The translations under genes were made by a program, and so were the position numbers. Shown here in pieces: positions 29,998 through 42,290 of a stretch of 64,000 nt of DNA. This DNA comes from the human T2T-CHM13v2.0 reference genome, Homo sapiens, in the NCBI RefSeq assembly GCF_009914755.1, contig NC_060931.1. One strand, given 5' to 3'. Within the stretch, counting starts at the first letter, position 1. Each line of letters begins with the position of its first letter. The notes beneath the pieces are model-generated. The model did no database searches and had not been told where the DNA came from. It saw only the letters and a list, made by a program, of their open reading frames with translations.

Positions 29998-31064
29998 TCA
30001 GAAGGTGAACACTGCCGCAGGATTCTCAGCAATAACTTGAATGAGAGGCTATAGTCCTATATTTCTTGATGGGGAATATGAATACCATAAAAGACAGTCA
30101 AGAAACATAGAAAATGAAGGTTTGTGTTTGAAAATAATTCATTGTACTATATATAATTGTACTATAATAATTCATTGTACTATATATATATAACAATTCA
30201 TTGTACTATGGCAATTATGTTTGTTTAAAAGTTTCAACTTGACTGTGTAGATGGGATAGCAGTATGATATCTTCATCATTTTCTCTGCCTTTTCATTAAT
30301 GATCTATAATTTGACACATAAAAACATTCCATTCCATCAGAAAAAGAAAAGGTTACCAGTTATCTTTATCTGTGCAGGTAGATATTTGGAAGACATAAAC
30401 AAGCTTAATTAATTCAAATTAAAACAGCCAGCCATATATAATGTATCAGGTATTGTCATTACTAGACAGCTACCAAATTTTTCTTTGTATTGCAATTTTC
30501 TGCTTCCCGTGACAATACCATTGATACTAAAAACTTTTAACTATTGCCTAAATCACAAGTGGAAGTAATATGAATGCAAAATTCTTTCATCAGTGTCCTG
30601 CAAACCTAAAATGCCTACATTCTTAATCTAATGTTTTAAGAAATTCTTCCAACCACTGGAGTCCATACTTTGTCTCTCTTTGGTCGTAACTGAACAAACA
30701 AGATAGGGCAATTACAAGGTAAAAACTGCTAAAGAAACCAATCTGCCTCATCATTTTAATTTGACTCTTCCCTTTACAAATATTTAGTTAGTAAAGTGTT
30801 TTTCTCACCCCAAAACAGAGCCTGGAAATAAGCGCTCTTTTTAGTTAAGTTAATGGGCTCTTATCAGGAAAGAAAGATTTAGGAAATTCAATGGTGCTTC
30901 ATGGACCATTCAGGAACATTACATGTGAGAGTGGATTAGATGCTACTTCATTTGAATTACAGAGTAATTAGGTTTCTCTCTTTGGGAATAATTTCTCATA
31001 TATGTTTAGAAATAATGATTTCAATGAGAAGGCCACATTTGCATGGAAGCCTCACACTGGCATT

Positions 31065-31440
31065 CAGACATTCATTCATTCATTGATGTATTGAGTGCCT
31101 ACTATGTACCAAATATACTTAGGGCTGGGGTTTCATAGTTAAAACAAAGACATAGTTTCTATCCAAAAGGCTCTTACTATATAATAGAGAAATAGATCAA
31201 ATAAACCAATAAATATAATGGAGTGTGCTACTTAGTAAACTGGGAATACACAAGGCATAAATGAGAACACATGGGAGGGTGACCTAACTTACCCAGGGCA
31301 GTGGGGTGTGAGGGTGTTCCCAAAATCTTCCATGACAAACCGATACATTGGCTGAATCTGGAAAGCTAAGTTAATATAATTCAGGCAGAGATAGGAAGGT
31401 GAGACCTTCCAGGCACTGAGGGCAGCATGCTCAGAAAAAT
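31065..31440 (-). mobile_element. L2 3' fragment
   Basis: cattcattcattcatt...tattgagtgcctactatgtacca. Confidence 0.8.
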
Positions 31441-31454
31441 GGGAGCTGCTACTT

Positions 31455-32158
<704 letters not shown>

Positions 32159-33101
32159 TAAATAGCTAATTTAAGACTGGACTATAATTCAAATATGGCA
32201 AATTCTCTTAAACATTATCAGTACTATAAAATGCTAAAAATTATACAGTTTTTAACATAAAAATAATATTCTGCTTTGATTTTCTTAAATATTCCTAGTC
32301 TTAATTCTGTATGTTTCCAGAGTTTAATAATACCTATTAGGGAGACATTTATTATCTCATTTTACCAAGGACATACTCTGGCCAATTTTTAATAATTGTT
32401 TGACCACGAATTCCAAGTTTTAAGGGGACAAGAATCCAATACTCCATGTGGCTGGCTGTCAAGCATATTATTACTTAATCTTACATTATGCAAGGGTCTA
32501 TCACCCCACTCTGTGATCATCTCACAGGCTTAGCTTCATCTAATCCATTTATTGCTTTATTCTTTTCTGAATTACTTTTATATTTGTCCTATTATCACCA
32601 AAACTTTAAAGAGACTAAAATGACAGCCCATTATAGTATTAATAGCTCTCATTTCTTTGTCTGACCTGCAGTGAGCACTTCTAAGATAACTCTCTGACAT
32701 TTCAGGAAGAATTCTGAGGAGTATCACTATTTCAGGAAAGGCAGAATTAGGGGACCCTGAAAATAGAGAAGAAATAAACATAGGAATAAAACTACAAGAA
32801 TATAAAGCCATGAGAGGCAAGAGGAGAAGAGTTTGGTTAGATATGTTTGGACCAACAGAGTTACACAATGCCTAGGTTACACAATTTGGCCATTCATAGG
32901 TTAGTGGTGAGAGAAGCAGTTTCAGTAGAGTGTGTGAGGAGGGAGGCTGGCTTTGAAGAGAGAAAGAGAGTGACAGCTGAATGAAACATAATTTCGAGAG
33001 TATATTTTTATGTGGTTTGGTTTGGTTTGATTTGGTTTTCAATGGGGGATCACTGAACATAATTAAATGCCAAATAACACACTCTGAAAACCAATCTTAA
33101 T

Positions 33102-33225
33102 TCAAGGTGATGGATATGCTAATTACCTGATTGGATCATTACACATTATACATATTACCAAAATATCACTCTCTATCCCGTTACTATCAATAATTATTAC
33201 ATGTCAACTAAAAAGCTTAAAAAAA
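33102..33225 (+). mobile_element. Very short 5'-truncated L1MA 3' end
   Basis: aggtgatggatatgctaattacc...gatcattacacatt plus an A tail. TSD a(a/g)aaccaatct(t/c)aat at 33087-33101 / 33226-33240. Confidence 0.85.
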
Positions 33226-33569
33226 AGAACCAATCTCAATATCTATTCCAGTCTGGGAATGACCACACTAGTTATTTGGCATTTATATGCTTGGTGAACA
33301 AAAATAAACTGATTTGCTTCAGCTTTTAGGCTTCAGAAAACTCAGAAGCCTCAAAAAATGGGTGTTGTGATTACTTAGAGTCAGGGACTTGCTGTCTGTC
33401 CAACCAATCTGTTTGTTTGGCTGGTTGATTACTTTTTCCCTTGTTTTTATTTTTTTCTTTTGAGTTCACAGAAAATTTTCAAAAATCAACTGTTCAATGT
33501 TAGGTATACATAACTAAAGGGAAGTCAGCTGATTTTAAGAACTCTGTGCTTAAAAGAATATCCTCCTAT

Positions 33570-34152
33570 AAATATTGCTATCTTTCATCTAACTGAAATT
33601 TTGTACCTTTTGACCTAATTTCCACATCCCTCACACTGCAAACCCCTGATAACCATGATTCTATTCTCTGCTAGTAATGCAGGATTTTTTGCTCCTTAGC
33701 TCAGCTAATCCAGGTTCTTGTCTCATGACCAGGAAGAATTAGGCACACAGACACCCTGAAGGGGGAAGAGGGCGGAATTTATTAAGTGAAAAGAAAGCTC
33801 TCAGCAAAGAGTGGGGGCCTTGCAAGCAGGTTTCCACCTCACAGATTGAATACCAGGACCACCACACATGAGCTGAAGAGGCCAGGATCCTCGTCTGCAT
33901 AAGGCGTGAATTCCTGGTGACTCTACCCTTTCCCTCAGTGCATGTGGGCCTCTAGTCCACTGCAGGCATGCCCAGGAAAGCCCCCTGTGCAGGTTTCCTT
34001 ATCTGCACAAAATATCTGATGTAAACACTTGTGGGGCGGGTCGGAGATTCTCCAGGGACCCTTCCCTATCTGCCTAAGCCTTTGTCTGCTTCTTGCCTCT
34101 ATCACTACTATGAGTTTAACTTTTGTAGATTCCACATATAAGTGAGATCATT
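33570..34152 (-). mobile_element. L1MA 3'UTR fragment split by the MER61 LTR
   Basis: tctaactgaaattttgtacctttt...attctattctctgct [LTR] ctatgagtttaactttt.tagattccacatataagtgagatcat. Confidence 0.8.
33675..34104 (-). mobile_element. MER61-family ERV1 solo LTR
   Basis: Minus strand starts tgatagaggcaagaagcagac and contains agaatctccgacccgccccacaagtgtttaca and a p53-like element. Length 430 bp. TSD ctag/ctac. Confidence 0.8.
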
Positions 34153-34924
34153 GTCTAGTAATTCTTTAGAGATCACATCAATGTCACACATACCCCTTGT
34201 GTGTTCAAGAATCTCTGGGGGTAATGTTGAATTGTTACCACTAAATATAAAACTGAATTTTTTGCTAGTGATGGTAGTAGATTAACAAAGTCTTGGCTTT
34301 GTAAGAAAATTCATAGAAAGTGGGATAGTTTTTAAGAGACATAATAGAATTCACAGCTGATAATGGGGGGGAAAGAGAGATCTCCAGAGGGACCATTAAG
34401 AACAGTTAAAGGATAAGGATGATAAAAATTCATCTATTTTAGATTTTTAGCATATTATGAATAATTTGTACACTCACTCTGGTTTGCATAGGAACTTGGA
34501 TTCCAATATTATGCATGTTAATTTCCTTTTCCTAGAGAGTTAAGAAAGATAATGGAATATAAACATTTAAGAGATTATTTAAATGCTCATTCCATGTGTA
34601 GTTATTTTTTTGTTTATATGCATATTGTTTTGTAGCTGTCACCATTTTATTTAGAAAAATGAATGAGTCAACAAGAAAAAGATCTTAAGTTCCATATAAA
34701 GCTATACATTCTTAAAATCATATTTAAACCACACCATGATAGAATATCAGAAGTATTTACCTTAAATGTTTTTAAAAAGAGTATGTTAACATAAAACATA
34801 AGTGAAGTTAAACATTATGTATCTGAGACAAATTTGCAAAAAATTAGTCATTTTTGAATTAGTGGATAGTTCATGTGAGACAAAATGAAGTCATTAATAT
34901 GTTACAAATAAATAGTCTTTAAAA

Positions 34925-35065
34925 CTTTTAGAGATCTTAGATACTAAGTTTATTACTCTCATTTTAGTTCTGGAAAAAAAAAAAAAAAAAGAACTCCTGA
35001 TGGGTTAAGTAATTCAACCAAAATTACCCAGCTAGTCAGTGTCACAGCTGAGACAAGAAGAGATG
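34925..35065 (-). mobile_element. MIR fragment
   Basis: ctcatttta...gggttaagtaattcaaccaaaattacccagctagt. Confidence 0.55.
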
Positions 35066-35359
35066 CCTGTTTATCTTAGGATTGCTGAAATATTTAAGTA
35101 CTTAGTAAGATGAGTTGCCTATATTTATTCTAAGTTGACAAACCCTATATCTCAACTCTGGTTTTTTTTTTCCTTTTTTAATATTTTAATTCTAATATGG
35201 TTAAATTTTTGAAATCCTAGTAGGACCCCTTAAACCACTTTTGACAAAATTTGGAGGATGGGCAGGTAGAGAAGGAGGGAAAGAGACTAGAGATGGAGAG
35301 ATGGAGACTGCAGGAAAGGAAAAGAAAGGAGCAGAGGAGACAGAGACAGACTCTCCCTC

Positions 35360-37530
35360 TCATCTCCTAACTAAAGGCAACTTCTCTTGAACACTAAACC
35401 CCAGGCCTCTCCACTAGTCAAGTATATGACTCAAGCAATCCTCTCTATTGCCTTCTCTCCTGTAACACCAATATGTTCTTTATCATCAGTCTGTAGCATA
35501 CATATTTCTCATCTAAAAAAGTAACAAACAAAACCCTATTGCCATAAGGTCTCCCAGTCAAAACACTTTTTTCTGCTCTCCTTTATAACAAAAATTTTTA
35601 AAGAAGTTTTCTACATTCACTAATGCCAACATGTCCTCTCCTCCAGTTCTCTCTTAAACCCAGGCTTTTGCCCCACTATTCCTCTGAAATTGCTTGCTCA
35701 AGGTCACCAGTGGCCTCCATGTTGCTAAATGCAAGTTTCCATTCTCAGTCACTTCACTAGACAAGCCAGTGTCTTTGGACACAGTTCACCACTCCTCCAA
35801 ATGCTTTCTTCACTTGGTTTCCAGAACACCACCGTCTGCTGGATTTCCACCTGTATCACTGCTTTCAGTCTCCTTTGCTGGTGCCTCCTCATCTTTTTAA
35901 CCTCTAAACATGGATGGAACACCCCTGATTTCAGTCCTTGGACAACTCAACTACTTATACTTGTTCATTTAAATATAAGATATGTACTGATTAATCCCAG
36001 ATACCCCTAGACCTCACTGCTGAACTCCAGACTCATGTACCTAACTGCCTTCTTGATAACTACAACTGCACCTTTGGTAGGCATACCAAACTTAAAATAT
36101 CCTAAAATAAATACCTAATCTTTATCCTCAAACCTCTCTCTCCTAAGTTTTTAGTCTCAGTAGATGGTAACTTCATTCTTCCAATTCTACAGGCCAAAAA
36201 CCCTGAGGTTATCCTTTCTTTCTTTCTCTCACATACCACCTACGTTTCTTTAGCAAGTCTCACCACAGGTACTTTCAAGATATTTCTGATCCTACCTCAC
36301 CTCCACAACAAAGGGCACGGTCCACTGTCATCCACTGTCATCACTAATCATCAGGTGAAGACTTGTATTATTGCAATAGCATCCTGGAGTTCTCCCTGAT
36401 TTTACTCTTACCCCTCCCCCCAGCCCATATCTAATGTCTGTTCTTAACATGGCAGCCAGAGTCATCCTTTCAACATGTGAATCAGCTCATGTTACTTCTC
36501 TGGTTAAAAACCTCCAGTGGTTTTTCATCAAATTCAAAGCCAATTAGCCACAGTGGTTTCAAGGCTCTAATAATCTTGTCTCCGCTATTTCCTTAACATC
36601 ATTTCCTACTGTCCTCCTCTCCCTCACTTGGCTCCCTAGACAGTAGTCGCCTTGCTATTCCTCAAACATTCCAGCCATGCTTAAGCCTAAAAATGTCTTC
36701 TCCTGTTTCCTTTGCCTGCAATGCCCTTTTTAGGTATGTCTACAGGCCTTGCTCTCTTACTTCCTTCATATCTTGGCTCAAATAACTGATATGGTTTGGA
36801 TCTATGTTCCCACACAAATCTCATGTTGAATTGCAATCTCCAATGTTGGAGGTGGGGCCTGGTGTGAGGTGATTGGATCATGGAGGTATTTCTCATGAAT
36901 GGCTTAGCACCATCCCTTTGGTGCTCTTCTCATGATAGTGAGTTCTTAAGCGATCTGGTTGTTTACAGATGTGTAGCACCTCCCTCCTTGCTCTCTCTCT
37001 TGCTGTTGCTGCTGCCATGTAAGAGGTCCCCGTCTGCCTCACACCATGATTGGAAGTCTCCTGAGACCTCCCAAAAAGCAGACAACACTAGGCTTCCTGT
37101 AAAGCCTGAAAAACTGTGAGCCAGTTAAACCTCTTTTCTTCATAAATTACCCAGTCTCAGGCATTTCTATACAGCAATGTGAGAAAAGACTAATATAACA
37201 TCCCCTCAGTGAGGCCTTCCCTGATCATCCTGTTTATAATTGCAAACATATCCCCAACTCAATGCACTCTATTCCCTCTAATCCTGTTTTATTTTTATCC
37301 ATAGTGCTTATTACCAGTTAGCATATAAATTATGCTTATTTATTTTTATTATCTATTTGTTTCAAAAAGAGCAAATACTTTTATCCATTTAAAATGGCTA
37401 TAATCCCAGCATTTAAAACCAGGCCAGGTACAGAGTGGACACATAATATCCCTATCTGACCTTATATTTGACAATTTCCCACTAAATGTGTAAAAATAAC
37501 ATAAAAATAAAATAAATATCTGAGGACCAA
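35360..37530 (+). mobile_element. Long L2 (L2a-like), interrupted by an MST LTR
   Basis: caaggtcaccagtggcctccatgttgctaaa, ctgaactccagactcat, attattgcaatagc, cagtgaggccttccctga. Confidence 0.88.
36787..37194 (+). mobile_element. MSTA/MSTB MaLR solo LTR
   Basis: tgatatggtttggatct...aatgttggaggtggggcctggtg...gactaat. 5 bp TSD ataac. Confidence 0.9.
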
Positions 37531-38621
37531 ACAATAGACTACCATCTGGAAATATTCTCTTTGTGATGCTCATCTGAGTTTGTTTGATTTCTAAAATCCC
37601 TTGAGTTTCATCCACCACTGATTAAAGTTAATAAAGAACTAAAAACTACCACCAGTTAATGCAGAGTGTCATTATTCATTTATGCATAGTCACTTTTGCT
37701 TTATTTACGGCTAAGTAGAGATTCTACAATACATTTTAAAAAAATGAACAGGGTGAGCTATTTGTTTCTTACAGTGACCAGTACCAAGCTTTGGGTCTGG
37801 TCAAGGCGCTATTAAGACTGAAATGGTATAGTGTCATACACCCCAAATATAGGCATATTCTAAAAATACTATATTGGGAAAATGAGGTTAAAAGGCAAAA
37901 CAAAATTCTGCATTTTCCCATTATTATCTCATATAAATTTTTGAAATATCAAATGCATTTTTTAAAACAAATTCAGCATTCTTGCTTTGCTGTTCCCTTA
38001 AAGCACTTGCTTATTCTGTAATTCAACCTGGAGTGCAGCAGAAAAAAAAGGTTACTGAACGAAGTCACTATTCATGCAAATGAATTAAATATATACATTT
38101 ATATTAACTATTCATGCTAATGAATTTTATATATAGATATTCTATATACATATATATTAGGCTGAGTCAGTAAATAAATATGAATAAATTTGAAAAAAAA
38201 TGCTGTATTTTTCTTCTCATCTTCATACCCTGAAAAAGACTCAGAAGACCCTAAGTACCATGTATACTCTGACTCCCAAATTTCTCTTTTCATCTCCAAA
38301 GTCTCTCTTCTTGGGCTTCAGTGTAATATATGCAACTGCCCAGGTGACATACCTGGCTTTGCTTATCAAATTTATCAATACGTTTATCAAATTTATAATA
38401 CCTACTTGGCTTATCAAATTTATCTTGTCCAACACTGACCTCTTTATTTTATACCCCTCATAAACCTCTAAACCTACTCCTCCATCCAGGCTTCTCTATT
38501 TCATAGTATCATCAATATTTACCTAGTTACTCAGGTCAAAAATTTTAAGCTTCCCTTCACTTCTATTTTTATCTCATATCTATTTTTTCAGCAAAGAATA
38601 TACACTTTCACATGTGTCAAG

Positions 38622-39105
38622 TATGATGGTTAATTTTATGTGTCAGCTGGACTGGGCTAAGAGATGCCAAGATTGCTGGTAAATCACTGTTTCCAGGTGT
38701 ATCTGTGAGGACATTTCCAGAAGAGATGAGCAGTTGAAGCAGCAGACTGCGTAAAGATCAACCTTCACCATCCACATTGTGTGCATCATCCAATTGACTG
38801 AAGGCCCACACAGAACAAAAAGCTGAATTCTCTCTCTTCTTGAGCTGGACATCCATCTTCCTCCCTCGGCATCAGAGCTCCTAGTCCTTCAGACTCTGAG
38901 ACTTAATCTGCAGTCCCCGGTTCTCAGGCCTTTGGACTCAGACTGAATTATACCAGTGGCTTTCCTGGTTGTCCAGGTTATAGATGGCAGAATATGGGGT
39001 TTCTGATCCTCCATCATTGCATAAGCCAATTCCCATAATAAATAAATTAATTAATGAATAAACCTCCTCTTGGTTCTGTTTCTCTGGAGAACTCTAGCTA
39101 ATGTG
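38622..39105 (+). mobile_element. MLT2 (MLT2D-like) ERVL solo LTR
   Basis: atgatggttaattttatgtgtca...ttggttctgtttctctggagaac. TSD tcaag/ccaag. Confidence 0.9.
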
Positions 39106-39526
39106 CCAAGCCCCTCTACCTCCATTATTACCACCCTACTCTAAGATTCATGTATGGGTATTGCAACAGTCTCCGTGATAGTCTCCTGGCTTCTACTCCT
39201 CAACACAGCAGCCTGAGACTACCTTTTACATGTAGATGAAACTCTCTTTAAAACCTCCAATAACTTCCCAGCACACTCAGAATAAACTTCAAACTTTCCC
39301 AGCAAATCCTCCTTGGTCTGGCCTCTGTCCAGCTTTCTGGCCTCACCTTCCTCCCTTCCCCTCCTTGTTCACTCCACTTGAGTCTAACTAGTATTTTTTG
39401 ACTGCTCCTGCAGAGTCAGGCTTGTTGTTTAGTGGTGGTTTGCATTGGCTCTTGCCTCAGCCTGTAGTGCTCATACTCAGAACCTGTTTGCAACTCACTC
39501 TCACTTCCTTAAGTCTCTGCCCAAAT

Positions 39527-39998
39527 GTCAAAGATGGCCTTAACATTCTCCTCAGCTTGATTAAACTTTGCTCAGACTTCTTGGCTATAGGTCCCTGGCC
39601 TCCCTTTTCTTACAGCATTTACTTTAGAAAACTCACAATAATAAATTCCTTCTCTGTCCCCTTTTAAGATATAAATCTCCCAGCCTCTTTCCAGTTTTAC
39701 AAGCCAGAAATATGTTTCTCAAAAACGTAGGAGTCATCCCAGTCTCTGTGAGAGTGTAGGAGCCTAACTTCGATAAGAGACAATTAGCAAAAACAAATGG
39801 CCAAGTCATTCGTCCATTAACCCCTATGTCCTCCAGTGCTTTTCCACTAGCTCACCACCGTTCTTTAAAATTCTCCTTCCTTTTGTGTTGGCAAAGGTGA
39901 ATTTGATCTCTTTCCCCTATTTCCATATCTTTGACCCTATCGCAATAGTCTCAAACTCTTCCTTTCCTATATAATCTTCTCTAGTGAAATTTTTGACA
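39527..39998 (+). mobile_element. MER67-like ERV1 LTR
   Basis: cagcttgattaaacttt, agcatttactttagaaaac, ccactagctcacc. Related to 24018-24577. Confidence 0.7.
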
Positions 39999-40289
39999 CC
40001 TTCTTAGAAAGTCTTCTCTGACATTCAGGCCTAAAATAGCCTATCCTCACCACTCTCCCCGTACTTTAATCACTCTTTATACTTTCTCCTACTTTATTTT
40101 CCTTCATTGCACTTATCACTAACTGACATTTTATTACACATTTTAAAATATATATTAGTTGGTCTCTTCACTAAAATATGAGCTTCCTGAGTCCGGTGAT
40201 TTTGTTTTTACTTAATCACCATCGTATCTTCAGTGCCTGCAACTGTACATGAAATGTCATATAGGCTCACAATAACTGTGTACTCATGG

Positions 40290-40402
40290 GAAAAAGGAAG
40301 GCAGGAAGAAAGGAAGGAAAGAAGGGAGGGAAGGAGGGAGGGAAGAAAGAGGGAGGAAAGCAGGCGGGAAGGCAGGCAGGAAGAGAAGGAGGGAGGAAGG
40401 GT
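40290..40402. repeat. GA-rich (GGAA/GGGA) repeat
   Basis: Polypurine run. Confidence 0.9.
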
Positions 40403-40471
40403 AGAATTAGGAAATTTAAAATACTGAGTATAGAAGGAAAAATGTAAAAGAAAATTTCATATAACCCCCCC

Positions 40472-40772
40472 TTTTTTTTTTTTTTTTTGGACACAGAGTC
40501 TCACTCGGTCACCCAGACTGGAGTACAGTGGCATGATCTTGGCTCACTCTAACCTCCAACTCCTGGGTCCAAGCCATTCTCCTGCCTCAACTTTCAGAGT
40601 AGCTTGGGACTACAGGCTTGCACCAAAATGCCCAGCTAATTTTTGTATTTTTAGCAGAAATGGTGTTTTGCCATGTTGGCCGGGCTGATCTTGAACTCCT
40701 GACCTCAGGTGATCCGCCTGCCTCGGCCTCCCAAAGTGCTGGGATTAAAGGCATGAGCCACCGTGCCTGGCC
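40472..40772 (-). mobile_element. AluSx
   Basis: Full dimer with ctcctgacctcaggtgatccg. TSD taaccc. Confidence 0.95.
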
Positions 40773-41106
40773 TAACCCTGCATTTTACACTCTCTGAAAG
40801 CTTTCAGCATTTTGTATTGCTTATATATTCTAATTCTACAGAGTTCTCATCCCTTATAACAGGTTTTAATGTAGTTTATTTCCCCATGCTCACTACCCTC
40901 CCCCATTTGAAGCTTTGAGAGCAAGGCCAGGAAGGATGCAATGTCTCCCAAAGTAGCCCAGTCTTTAAGGCAAAAAAGCAGTCTTCTCCATTCCTTCTCT
41001 GTGAGCGACACACAAAGCCATTCATTCATGGCACTTTGTCTTGTCAACCACTCCCTCAATTTCCAGATAGACTAGGAAAGGAAAACCCACTTCTCAGTTA
41101 GCCATT

Positions 41107-41472
41107 TGATAGGGCTTGGCTGTGTCTCCACCCAAATCTCAAATTGTCACTCTCATAATTCCCACGTGTCCTGGAAGGAACCTGGTAGAATGGAATGGAT
41201 CATGAGGATGGGTCTTTTCCATGCTGTTCTCCTGATAGTGATTAAGTGTCATGAGACCTGATGGTTTTATAAAAGGGAGTTTCCCTGCACATGCTCTCTG
41301 TCTGTTGCCTGCTGCCATGTAAGCTGTGTCTTTCTTCCCCTTTGCTTTCTGCCATGATTGTGAAGCCTCACCAGCCACGTGGAACTGTAAAGGAATTAAA
41401 CCTCTTTTTTTTTTTATAACTTACCCAGTCTTAGTTATGTCTTTATTAGCAGCATGAGAACAGACTAATACA
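41107..41472 (+). mobile_element. THE1 (B/C-like) MaLR solo LTR
   Basis: tgatagggcttggctgtgtc...cataattcccacgtgt...agactaataca. Length 366 bp. TSD ccatt/caatt. Confidence 0.92.
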
Positions 41473-41514
41473 CAATTCATGACACTGGATCTCAGGGGCA
41501 TAGTAAAGTTAATT

Positions 41515-42290
41515 TGTCCTTTCATTCAACAAACATCATGGAGTCATGGGTATACGAATATCCACAAAAGCTGATGTACCTTCCCTGCCCTCACAGAGCT
41601 GTCAGAGAGCTTCCATTCTCAGGATGAAGATATATCAACAGTGATGCAACAATCTAAAAAGAGGCTTATGAGAGGGAAATTAAGGGGAGCAACAGAGGAG
41701 CCTAATCAAGTACAAGAATGAGAGAAGACTGAGACCTAAAAGATAAGTGTGAGGAAGCCAGAAGAGTAAGAGCATGTTACAGGAAAATGGGAACATAGGC
41801 CAAAAAGTAGAGGTAAAGATAGGAGAACCTAGAGGGATTTACTTCAGTACAGAGAAAAGGGGATTAACTGAGAGATAAGGAAGAGAGGTAAGTGGGGAAC
41901 AGATACTACAGGGCATTGCAAACCAGTGTTAAGGAGTTTGAGTTTTGGAAGGCAATAGTAACATTGAGAATTATAAAGATACCAGTCTTTCAGTAAGATC
42001 ATGCTGGCTGCAATGTAGAGTATACGTTAGGAGAGTCTAAAACTTGACAAAAAAAAAGATCATTTTAGGAATCTAGGCAGGATGGTGGCATGAATTGGAG
42101 AGTGTGATGGAAAGATGTGAATGCATGAGTTAATTATGGTAGGATTTGGATTTTAAATGTAAGAGAACATAGTAGAGGAAGAAGTTACAGTTGATTTCCA
42201 GGTTACTATCGGGTTTCCATTCACTGGGATGAGAAAGGATGAGGACTGGAAAAAGATATGAATCTCACTTGTTTTGTTCAGGGCATTTAA
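41515..42290 (-). mobile_element. L2 fragment
   Basis: ttcattcaacaaacat..., ccctgccctcacagagct, gttaaggagtttg. Confidence 0.75.

Larger units (their letters stand above)
38240..40280 (+). mobile_element. L2, interrupted by MLT2 and MER67 LTRs
   Basis: tgactcccaaattt, tagttactcaggtcaaaaa, attgcaacagtctcc, cattgcacttatcacta. Confidence 0.75.
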
